Origin: Chiloscyllium plagiosum
Taxonomy: Eukaryota
Direction of reading: 5' to 3'
Assembly (NCBI RefSeq): GCF_004010195.1
Contig: NC_057711.1
Span: 79,456,866 to 79,520,865 of the forward strand
DNA length: 64,000 nt
How positions within the stretch are numbered: the first letter of the stretch is position 1; each line of letters begins with the position of its first letter. The position numbers and the translations under genes were made by a program. Positions 28,426 to 38,643 of the stretch are shown piece by piece. The notes under the pieces were generated by a model that was not told the DNA's origin, searched no databases, and saw nothing but the letters and a program-made list of their open reading frames with translations.

Positions 28426-28734
28426 ATTAGATTACTTTACACTGTGGAAACAGGCCCTTCGGCCCAACAAGTCCACACCGACCCTCCGAAGCGCAACCCA
28501 CCCATACCCCTACATTTACCCCTTACCTAACACTACGGACAATTTAGCGTGGCCAATTCACCTGACCTGCACATCTTTGGACTGTGGGAGGAAACCGGAG
28601 CACCCGGAGGAAACCCGCGCGGACACGGGGAAAATGTGCAAACTCTACACAGGCAGTCGCCTGAGGTGGGAATTGAACCCAGGTCTCTGGTGCTGTGAGG
28701 CAGCAGTGCTAACCACTGTGCCACCGTGCTGCCC
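28426..28734 (-). mobile_element. HE1-like V-SINE, full length, young
   Basis: Reverse complement reads gggcagcacggtggcacagtggttagcactgctgcctcacag (A box), gggttcaattcc (B box), V-domain, tail ..gggcctgtttccacagtg..taatctaat. Confidence 0.9.
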
Positions 28735-28920
28735 TTTGTGAAAGTACTTTGTTTACAATAATTATATAATTCTTCAAAAGATTTTCTTCGTGCTAATACC
28801 TCTGGCTTCTAAATCCTAAGAGCTTTGGCTATTTTTCCCTCAGTCCACATCCAAATTCAACCAATTAAGCAAAGTGAGAATCAGTAGTAAATACACTCTC
28901 ATAAGCAAACACAGAACAAC

Positions 28921-28955
28921 CACCTGATGAAAGAGCAGCGCTCTGAAAGCTCGTG
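28921..28955 (+). ncRNA. Minimal type-I hammerhead ribozyme motif
   Basis: CAC-CTGATGA-a-AGAGC agc GCTCT-GAAA-GC-TC-GTG. Stem I CAC/GTG, perfect 5-bp stem II, AGCT palindrome, UC cleavage triplet. Confidence 0.75.
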
Positions 28956-29002
28956 CTTCCAAATAAACTTGTTGGACTATAACCTGGTGTTGTGTGATTT
29001 TT
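28921..29002 (+). mobile_element. 82-bp Penelope-derived insertion consisting of a hammerhead motif plus tail
   Basis: Exact 13-bp TSD aacacagaacaac at 28908-28920 and 29003-29015. Similar to the Penelope 3' end at 4086-4170. Confidence 0.85.
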
Positions 29003-29084
29003 AACACAGAACAACTGAACATTACACATAGCTTAACCAGTCTGTTTCTGCTTTTTATAATTGTTCATTTCCTCATTGAACTCA

Positions 29085-31572
29085 TAGACTCATAGAGATG
29101 TACAGCATGGAAACAGACCCTTTGGTCCAGACTGTCCATACCGACCAGATATCCCAACCCAATCTAGTCCCACCTGACAGCACCCAGTCCATATTCCTCC
29201 AAACATTTCCTATTCATATACCTATCCAAGTGCCCCTTAAATGTTGCAATTGTACCAGCCTCCACCATTTTCTCTGGCAGCTCATTCCATACCCGTGCCA
29301 CCCTGTGTGAAAAAGTTGCCCCTGACGTCTCTTTTATATTTTTCCTCTCTCACCTATGCCCTCTAGTCTGGACTCCCCGACCCCATGGAAAAGACTTTGC
29401 CTATTTACCCAGTCTATGCCCCTCATAATTTTGTAAGACTGAATAAGGTCACCCCTCAGCCTCCGACACTCCAGGAGAAACATCCCCAGCCTGTTCAGCC
29501 TCTCCCTATAGCTCAAATCCTCCAACCTTGGCAACACCTTTGTAAATCTTTTCTGTGACCTTTCAAATTTCACAACATCTTTCCGATAGGAACGAGACTA
29601 GAATTGCACGCAATATTCCAACGGTGGCCTAACCAATGTCCTGTACAGCCACAACATGACCTCCCAACTGCTGTACTCAATACTCTCACCAATAAACGAA
29701 AGCATAACAAATGCCTTCTTCACTATCCTATCAATCTGCGACTCCACTTTCAAGGAGCTATGAACCTGCACTCCAAGGTCTCTTTGTTCAGCAACACTCC
29801 CTAGGACCTTATCATTAAGTGTATAAGTCCTGCTAAGATTTGCTTTCCCAAAATGCAGCATCTCGCATTTATCTGAATTAAACTCCATCTACAGCCCTCC
29901 AGTCTGAAAAACAACCTCCACCATCACCCTCTGTCTTCTACCTTTGAGCCAATTCTGTATCCAAATGGCTAGTTCTCCCTGTATTCCATGAGATCCCTAT
30001 TCTCTCCTGAGTTACCCTTTTGTCCTTAATGTATTTGTAAAAATCCTTTGGATTCTCATTAACTCTATTTGCCAAAGCTATCTCATGTCCCCTTTTTGCG
30101 CTCCTGATTTCCCTCCTAAGTACACCCATACTTCCTTTATACTCTAAGGATTCACTCGATCTATCCTGTCTATACCTTACATGTGCTTCCTTCTTTGTCT
30201 TAACCAAACCCTCAATTTCTTCAGTCATCCAGCATTCCCTATACCTACCAGCCTTTCCTTTCACCCTGACAGGAATATACTTTCTCTGGATTCTCGTTAT
30301 CTCATTTCTGAAGGCTTCCCATTTTCCAGCCGTCCCTTTACCTGTGAACATCTGCCCCCAATCAGCTTTTGAAAGTTCCTGCCTAATACCGTCAAAATTG
30401 GCCTTTCTGCAATTTAGAACTTCAACTTTTAGATCTGATCTATCCTTTTCTGTCACTATTTTAAATCTAATAGATTATGGTCGCTGGCCCCAAAGTGCTC
30501 ACTCACTGACACCTCAGTCACCTGCCCTGCCTTATTTCCCAAGAGTAGGTCAAGTTTTGCACCTTCTCTAGTAGGTACATCCACATACTGAATCAGAAAA
30601 TTGTCTTGTACGCACTCAACAAGTTCCTCTTCATCTAAACCTTTAACACTATGGCAGTCCCAGTCTATGTTTGGAAAGTTAAAATCCCCTACCATAACCA
30701 CCTTATTATTCTTACAGGTAGCTGAGATCTCCTTACAAGTTTGTTTCTCAATTTCCCTCTAACTATTAGGGGGTCTATAAATACAATCACAGTAAGGTGA
30801 TCATCTCTTTCTTATTTCTCAGTTCCACCCAAATAACTTCCCTGGATGTATTTCCGGGAATATCCTCCCACACCACAGCTGTAATGCTGTCCCTTATCAA
30901 AAATGCCACTCCCCCTCCTCTCTTTCCTCCCTTTCTCTCCTTCCTGTAGCATTTGTATCCTGGAACATTAAGCTACCAATCCTACCCATTTCTGAGCCAT
31001 GTTTCTGTAATTGCTATGATATCCCAGTCCCATGTTCCTAACCATGCCCTGAGTTGATCTGCCTTCCCTGATAGGCCCCGTGCATTGAAATAAATGCAGT
31101 TTAATTTATTAGTCCTACCTTGTCCCTGCTTGCCCTGACTGTTTGTTTGACTTGCTTCTGTTCTCAACTGTACTAGTCTCCGATTAATCTCTTTCCTCAC
31201 TATCTCCCTGGGTTCCACCACCACACCCCCCCCCACCTTACTAGTTTAAATCCTCCCAAGCACCTGTAGGAAATTTCCCTGCCAGTATATTATTCCCCTT
31301 CCAATTTAGGTGCAATCCGTCCTTCTTGTACATGTCACTTCTACCCCAAAGAGATTCCAATGATCCAAAAATGTGAATCCTTCTCCCAAACACCAGCTCC
31401 TCAGCCATGCATTCATCTGCTCTATCTTCCTATTTCTGCCCTCAGTAGCTCGTAGCACTGGGAGTAATACAGATATTACTACTCTTGAGGACCTCCTTTA
31501 AATTTCTGTCTAACTCTCTGTAATCTCCCTTCCGAATCTCAACTTCTCCCTTCCTCTGTCGTTGGTTGCAAT
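29085..31572 (-). mobile_element. CR1/HER1-type LINE with large internal deletion
   Basis: Endonuclease motifs CIYFNARGL..WDIIAITETWL, MVGDFNFPNIDW, LDLLLGN..ASDHN. C-terminal MEFNSDKCEMLHFGK..QRDLGV..LYRTLVRP.LEYCVQF. Most of the central RT is missing near 29890-30000. Confidence 0.9.
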
Positions 31573-31825
31573 GTGGACAGAATGGTGGTGAGGGTCCTTC
31601 GTTCTGGTGAGTTGTTGAAGGAAGAAACTATGGTCTCATTCGATGTAATGGCACCGTTCACCTCAATCGACAAAACCCTAGCCAGAGAAACAATAGACAA
31701 CCTGCTGGACATACAGAACAGACAACAGGACGGTGAACCTATCAACAAAGACGGCATACTCAAACTACTGGACCTGTGCCTCACAACACACTTCACATTC
31801 AACAACCAAATATATGAACAAATCA

Positions 31826-32382
31826 NNNNNNNNNNNNNNNNNNNNNNNNNNNNNNNNNNNNNNNNNNNNNNNNNNNNNNNNNNNNNNNNNNNNNNNNNNN
31901 NNNNNNNNNNNNNNNNNNNNNNNNNNNNNNNNNNNNNNNNNNNNNNNNNNNNNNNNNNNNNNNNNNNNNNNNNNNNNNNNNNNNNNNNNNNNNNNNNNNN
32001 NNNNNNNNNNNNNNNNNNNNNNNNNNNNNNNNNNNNNNNNNNNNNNNNNNNNNNNNNNNNNNNNNNNNNNNNNNNNNNNNNNNNNNNNNNNNNNNNNNNN
32101 NNNNNNNNNNNNNNNNNNNNNNNNNNNNNNNNNNNNNNNNNNNNNNNNNNNNNNNNNNNNNNNNNNNNNNNNNNNNNNNNNNNNNNNNNNNNNNNNNNNN
32201 NNNNNNNNNNNNNNNNNNNNNNNNNNNNNNNNNNNNNNNNNNNNNNNNNNNNNNNNNNNNNNNNNNNNNNNNNNNNNNNNNNNNNNNNNNNNNNNNNNNN
32301 NNNNNNNNNNNNNNNNNNNNNNNNNNNNNNNNNNNNNNNNNNNNNNNNNNNNNNNNNNNNNNNNNNNNNNNNNNNNNNNNNN
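31826..32382. other. Assembly gap (N run)
   Basis: Run of Ns inside a Penelope element. Confidence 0.99.
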
Positions 32383-32675
32383 AGCCACGAAACGACACGA
32401 CCAGCTATCCTTAGTAGCCACACACGCAGATGACAAGCAACATGAATTCGACTGGGACAACACTACCATTATAGGGCAAGCCAAACAGAGAACAGCCAGG
32501 GAATTCCTAGAGGCATGGCACTCACCCACAGATTCAATCAATTAAGCACATCGACCTGGACCAATATACCGGCCACTGCAGCGGACAGCTGGAACTGACA
32601 ACCGGACGCGGCAGGTACAAATCACTATAAATGCCGGAAGAAACATCACAGAAGTGCTTCACAGGAGGCTCCCAA

Positions 32676-32715
32676 GCACTGAGGATGTCACCTAGACAGG
32701 GGACGAAACGTCTGC
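32676..32715 (+). ncRNA. Minimal type-I hammerhead ribozyme motif (best preserved)
   Basis: GCA-CTGAGGA-t-GTCaCCT agac AGGgGAC-GAAA-CG-TC-TGC. Stem I GCA/TGC, extended stem II, ACGT palindrome, predicted cleavage after C32712. Confidence 0.8.
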
Positions 32716-32899
32716 AACACAAATTCCCAGTTCGGCGAACTGAATCTATCTCATTTAGCTCACTGATAGTGTCACACAACATGGAGAGAATCCTCAATGT
32801 GAAGATGAAACTGTCCATAAGGACCCAGCAATGGTCATACTGTCATGGACAGATATGTCTATGCCAAGTAGTTTGGTGAGGGAGAAATTAAAGAGGTTC

Positions 32900-33320
32900 C
32901 TTCTTTTATATTCATTGTCTTGGCAACTGCCACTAACCTAGCATTGTCCTAATTTTCCACTTATAACCTCAGGACTCAGCCACCTCAAATCGGTAATCAT
33001 GCTACCAAGCTAATCTTGGGGTGATGGATGTTGAAGTCCCCAGCCTATACTGTATTCTGTGGTCTTAGCATCCTCAGTGCTGGTTCCTAACTATTTTTAG
33101 AAGAGCATATGTTTATCACTGGAAAAGGGCAGTAGATTGTAATTAACATGAAATTCCTTTGCCCTTTTTAATCTGATGCCATGCTATTAGACTTGATGGG
33201 GTCCAGAACTGATATTGAGAACTCAGAGGGTGGCTTCCTCCTGACTATACTATCAATGTTCTGTTACCTCTTTACTGGTGGGACAGTAAGTCGCCAGGGA
33301 TGGTGATGGAGGAGTACATG
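32900..33320 (-). mobile_element. Decayed LINE endonuclease fragment (same family as 46800-47570)
   Basis: Reverse complement resembles 47000-47400 (ggggacttcaacatccatcacc, i.e. GDFN.HH motif). Confidence 0.5.
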
Positions 33321-33407
33321 AACATAATATTATTCCAAATAGCAAAGGAAAAGATGAGAACATTTTTTTGATATGACAGTTTATTGGAATTTGACTTTCT
33401 TGAAGTA

Positions 33408-33628
33408 TGGTAAAGTTGCCACAGTCTTACCAGACCATACAGCTGCTCTGCCTTTAGCGAGAGATAACTGATGGTAGTTTAATCTGAGGGTAACCATACC
33501 TCAGGTGAGGGAAGATCTTGAGAAGGAGAGTCTTTCAAGGTAATCTCAGCTGGTGTGGGAATTGAATCCATGCAATTGGCATTACTCTACATCGCAAGCT
33601 GGTCACCCAGCCAACTGAGCTAACAGAC
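33408..33628 (-). mobile_element. Short tRNA-derived SINE
   Basis: Reverse strand begins gttagctcagttggctgg (A box) and has ggattcaattcc (B box). Homologous to 42972-43195. Confidence 0.65.
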
Positions 33629-35389
33629 CAAGAATATGAGTGAAATATTATCATGTAATTTGACAAGAAATTGGATAATTATTTCCAATGACAGAACGCC
33701 TATCCCTGTAATCTCGATATCTGGGGAGATTACAGGGAAAGGAAGGGAAAATGGGATTATAGTAAATGCCTCCTATTGAAGAATCAGCACAGGCTTTAAT
33801 TTATGATTTAGCAACTACAAAGTAGTGATATAATAAAGGGGTTCTAATGATAGCCTAATCTGGAAAGCAAAGTTCAAAGGTTAGTTCACCTGAAATCATG
33901 TATTAGCTTACAACTTTAACATCACTCCAGGATACTTTTTGTCTTAGTTAGTAGTGCATGTTTGGAAAATGAGATGGCATTATTGTACTTTACTCGCTAC
34001 AGTATTGTGTGATGTGATATACCTGATGTGTGAACTTGAAAAGTCCTAGTCAGCTGTAGTACCTGTGTAACGTTTTGTACTTGCATTTAGCCAATGAGTA
34101 AGATTTTTAAAGCTATTTGAGGCATAATATTGAAGTATTAGTGGTTTTGTTGGGAGCATAATGTGAAACTCTTGTGCATATGGGTTTCTCCATATCTGGG
34201 GAGATGTTTTCTCTAGATGTTTGAAATGAGCTTATTCTGATACTTAGGATAAGTCATCCTCCCTGATTTTGCTTATTGTCTGCTGTAATCTTAAAGAAAA
34301 ATAGGTGGACCATTTCAATCTTATCCAGATGTGTAGAATGTTTGTATTCAGCCAAATGATCAAAATCACATGCACTTTATTGATCTGATGATGAAAGTTA
34401 AGTTTTCTGTAACTTGTGAATTCCTTTTTTAAAATCTGATTGTTTGTTACATGTAAATGCACAGGAGCCTCATAAGTTCAGAAAGAAAACAAAACACGTT
34501 AACTCCTTTTGTGGGAGTTAGGCAGCTAGCAGTGTCACACATGGTTAGCACATTGAGAAAGAAACAACAAGCAGTGATTTGGTTAAAAGGCACTGGGATT
34601 CCAATGACATTATAGAGTTATTTCATTCACAGTATTTAGCTAGTGTCCTCTTGCTCCCCTAAAAGATTCCTTGGACCATGGAAGAGTGAATCTGGGCTGG
34701 GAAGGCAGGGTTACAATTGTTTGTATTGTTTGACTGAAAAATTAAACAGAATAAAACTCTCTAGTTAGTAGGTTTAGAACTGCTGTTTCCAAACTCTTGC
34801 AGAAGAAAAATGCTCCCTAATACATGCTTTATTTAATTATTTATAGAATCTCAGAATAGTGACAACACTGCAGGAAGTCGTTTGACTCATTTTATCTTTG
34901 CTGGCTCTCTGTAAGAGCAACTCTACTCCATTGCTGTTTTCCCCCCCCCCGCCCATGGTTGTTCACTTTTTTTCTCTTGAGTACTTATCCAATTACTTTT
35001 TGAAAACTCCTTTAGTAACTGCTCCTGTTCCACTCTCAGCTACTGCAGTCCATATCCTTAGAAGGAATAGAAGTTGTATAATAGGGTGAAAGCAATCACA
35101 TTTGATATAAACCATATGCATGTATTTTACCAGTAAATAAGTATATTCTCACTTAACCTAATTTTGCTGATTCTTCACTCCTTATTGATCCAAATGTTAC
35201 CTTGAGAAAAAGTTTTATTTCATTTTATTTTTAATTGGTGCCAGCTATCTCGCCATGTAACATAAGCAGCTAAATTTGTTACTGTTCTGTAGGCTAGTTT
35301 GCTGCAACAAGAAAATAGTTATTACTTTATGTATTGGAATAATGATTGCACTAATGACAAAAAAAAACCTGGTTATTGTTTTGTTTCAG

Positions 35390-35452
35390 GCTGAGATTGT
35401 CAAGAGACTAAATGCCATTTGCGCCCAAGTCATTCCTTTCCTGTCTCAGGAG
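35390..35452 (+). CDS. TLE4: Internal coding exon (63 nt, phase 0-0) of a Groucho/TLE co-repressor, Q domain
   Basis: Translates AEIVKRLNAICAQVIPFLSQE. Acceptor ttgttttgtttcAG at 35388-35389, ctaat branch-like motif at 35351, donor GTaagc at 35453. The peptide matches recalled TLE4 (AEIVK..NAIC) better than TLE1/TLE3 (EIAK..NTI) or TLE5/AES (NGIC..LPYL). Paralog assignment is less certain than family assignment. Confidence 0.93.
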
Positions 35453-36078
35453 GTAAGCTACTCTTAATATTACATATTTGTGATTCTGCTAATGTAGCTG
35501 TTACTTGGCTTCCTGAAAGTGAATATATCTTATTTTTGATGCATTTTCCTTGCTTAGTTCAAAGTCCAGATGATATCGAAGGAATAAACTTCCAACTAGA
35601 TGTCTCTTCCTTTTATTTGTATTATAAATCTTAAAGAATTTGCTGTTTTGGGTGAACCAGAACTCAAAACTCTTGTATGTGTTGAGCTGTTTTCAGACCA
35701 ACATAGATGGTAAAATCAAATTCATTTTAAGCTACTTATTGCTTTCAATGGCATAATCTTACACATAAAGGGGTCTGTTTATTGTAATATGTATCAAGTG
35801 TACACAATTTGCAGATATGTATTCTTCATGCTTCCTTCCTAAAATTGGGTGTTGATAACTTTTCTAATTGTGCAAGGTTTATTTGTAGATATCTTTGATC
35901 AATCAGTTCAGACATGTTATGATACACCTTGAGAGCAGGTGGGACTTGAATCCAGACTTTGCAGTTCAGAAGTAGGGACACTACCACTGTGCCATGACTA
36001 TTAAAACCCTCAATAACTTCATGCTGTAATGCTGAGATGAGCTTTCAATTGCAGGTTAATTAATTAACTTTAAATTAT

Positions 36079-36376
36079 GTGGGCAATACAGTCGCTCAGT
36101 AGTGCCTCACAGCACCAGGGACCTGGGTTCAATTCTAGCCTTGGGTGACTGTGTGGAGCTCTCCCTGTGTCTGCATGGGTTTCACCTGGGTTCTCCAGTT
36201 TCCTCCCATGATCCAAAGATGTTCATGTTAGGTGGATTGGCCATGCTAAATTTCCCTATGATATGCTATCTAAATGAGTTAGCCATGGTAAATGCAGAGT
36301 TACAGGTCTTCGGAGGGTGAGTGCAGACTCGATGGTCCAAATGGCCTCTTTCTGCACGGTTGTGATTCTGTGATTC
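36079..36376 (+). mobile_element. HE1-like V-SINE (older copy) between the two TLE exons
   Basis: gcctcacagcaccagggacctgggttcaattc head, V-domain gggtttcacctgggttctccagtttcctccc, tail aatggcctctttctgca..gattctgtgatt. Confidence 0.8.
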
Positions 36377-37379
36377 ATTTCAGCTCACAGGATGGGACTT
36401 GGACCAATTTTCCCAGAGTATTGACTTGGCCCTCTGGCTTACTAGCCCGGTGACACCAGTTACACTACACCAGTACCATCACAGCACTGTCATCCCACAC
36501 GATTTGTGTATAAATGTAAACATGGAGATTTAGTGGTTTGCTTGCAGTGTTAACGGGACTTAATATTGCACTTCCAACGTATCATATGTGTAATTAAAAA
36601 ATACTGCTTCAAATTAAAATGTTTGCCTTCAAAAAAAAAGAGTCCAACAGGAATTGGGTCAAGTAAGCTTGTTGTGTTAGTGAAGAAGCCACTGATACTG
36701 AAGAGTGGCTGTCTTGTACCTGTGATATAAAATTGCAAAAATATTGTGAATCAAGTCTTGCAGTCTTCGGTCATTGTGAGACAAAATATGTGATTGAAGA
36801 CACACATTGGAAATCCTGAGAGGGGGACTAACATGGGAATCACTTCAGAGATTTAATTTCCAATTGGCAATTCCTGAAGGTCCTGCGTGAATGTTTATGA
36901 CTGAATTGAGGTGGAGACTTCAGACTGTTCCACAATAGTTACCTGGATAATTAGTCACAAAATGTTAGATAAATAAAAATCTAGTGCAGGAACATATTTG
37001 ACCCTCAATGAATTAATGAATTGACATCTCGACCCCATCTGACGATCTCCTATCGCTCCCTGACCATTGATCCCTACTACCTGACTACCCCTTGATCCAT
37101 CCCAACTATCTGATAAATCAGCCACCTGCCCCCTACATGACTATCCAATTCACTTACTTTACCAACTCAGCCATCTACTGTCTTACCCATTCACCAACTC
37201 ACCCACTCTGCTATTCATCCATTTACCCATTCATACCCTAATCAGTAATATTTGAAGACTGAACCTTTAAACCCATTCTGTGGCAGTTAGTTGCACCAAA
37301 AAGTGATATATCCTGTCTTCTTCAACTTTATTTCGCTCCAACAAAATTCCCCAAGGCACACTCTGGTTGAGTGTTTCAG

Positions 37380-37503
37380 GTTTAGAAGGATCTGGGCCAA
37401 ATGCAAGCAAGTGGGACTAGTTTAGACTGGGAAACTTGGTCGGCATGATCGAGTTGGACAAAAGGAGTAGTTTTCCATGTTGTATAACACTATGACTATG
37501 TCT
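37380..37503 (+). mobile_element. CR1/HER1 3' tail fragment
   Basis: gggccaaatgcaagcaagtgggactag...gagttggac...ttccatgttgtataacactatgactatg, matching 14040-14145. Confidence 0.65.
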
Positions 37504-38538
37504 CTATTAGGAAATCCTGGAAATAGTGGTCACAGTTCAGGGAGTTTTCAAGTGCAATGGCAATTCACTCAGGATTGCCGCTGCTTGGAATAGTTAGATC
37601 TGTAAGCTGTGAATTACTTTGCGGAATATGATGAGAAAATAAGGCCAAACTTTTACTCGTTTGAAACCCATTCACTTATACAGTAAAATTTGGGTCACAA
37701 GGCACTAAATGAATTACATGTATAATCTACCTTGTAGATTAACTATTATAACAGTGTGTCTTTTCATTCTGAAGGATTCTTCTTTCATCTTATGGTTGGA
37801 TTCTTCATTATATCCTGCCAGTAGATTTTAATGAATCTGCTAATTGTCAGGGAACTTGATGGTGTATGTTTAGTGGGTGCCTCAGCTGTTTGATATCTTT
37901 CAGTTTGGATAATTGCTGCAGGAAGTGATGGAAACATTGAAATATATTTTTGAGCTCCACCTTGTTATACCTGTATTTTGTGTACTTTTTTCTTGTAAAT
38001 TGTGAAAGCTAGTGAATAACTTTTTTGAGGGTGGCATAATGCACTGGATTCTCCATGTGTAAGTCTTTATAGGTTTATGAAGAGCACATTATCTTAATGT
38101 ATTTATTAGAAGTTTGCAAATATTCAAGATACTTGAACTTATCATTTAAGTTCAAACAGTGTTTTATAATAATAATTTATTTATACTCCTCAGTACATAA
38201 TGTTACATTTCATGTATGGTTGTCAATCCATTGGATTTTTTTCTATAAAGAAGTCAATTTTTTTCAACCTAAGATGCAAGGACAGTTTTAGTAATCACAT
38301 AACTAATTGACTTGTAGTTCTCTGTTGTGCACTTTAAACCATTTAACTAATTCAAGTTTTGAATTGCTGTCATAAGAAAGTCTTAGAGAAGGGATTGGAT
38401 TGAGCAGTTCAATATGCTCTGTGAACATTACATACATCATTGACCAATGAGGTTTTTCACTCTTAGGTTTAAGAATGACTTAATGCTACAGAATGCAAAT
38501 GAAACTGACATTATTTGCTTTCTGAAATTCACTTTCAG

Positions 38539-38613
38539 CACCAACAGCAAGTGGTGCAGGCAGTGGAGCGGGCCAAGCAAGTGACCATGGCTGAGCTAAA
38601 CGCCATCATCGGG
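38539..38613 (+). CDS. TLE4: Next internal coding exon (75 nt, phase 0-0) of the TLE gene, end of Q domain
   Basis: Translates [25 protein letters not shown], the direct continuation of the previous exon. Acceptor actttcAG at 38537-38538, ctgac branch-like motif near 38505, donor GTacgt at 38614. Not in the ORF track. Confidence 0.93.
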
Positions 38614-38643
38614 GTACGTGGTCTTCAAAGTCTGCCCCTTACA
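38614..38643 (+). CDS. TLE4: Alternative 5' splice-site extension of the TLE exon (+30 nt, [10 protein letters not shown])
   Basis: GTA CGT GGT CTT CAA AGT CTG CCC CTT ACA followed by a second donor GTgtgt at 38644. It resembles the VRGLPNLPLT insert I recall from mammalian TLE isoforms. Confidence 0.75.

Larger units (their letters stand above)
31575..32742 (+). mobile_element. Penelope-like element of a second family (Poseidon/Penelope-type), spanning an assembly gap
   Basis: EETMVSFDVMAPFTSI..LLDLCLTTHFTFNNQIYEQI before the gap. GIY-YIG C-terminus VATHADDKQHEFDWDNTTII..REFLEAWHS after it. Hammerhead motif in the 3' tail. Confidence 0.82.

Noticed and set aside
28406..28741. 111-aa ORF, repeated at 48450-48758 and 54115-54372, resembling a small gene family
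   Set aside because: It is the antisense reading of HE1 SINE copies.
31539..32545. Long 190-290 aa ORFs
   Set aside because: Artefacts of translating through the N gap.
35276..35467. 63-aa ORF in the track containing the TLE peptide
   Set aside because: Only 35390-35452 is exonic. The flanks are intron read-through across clear splice sites.
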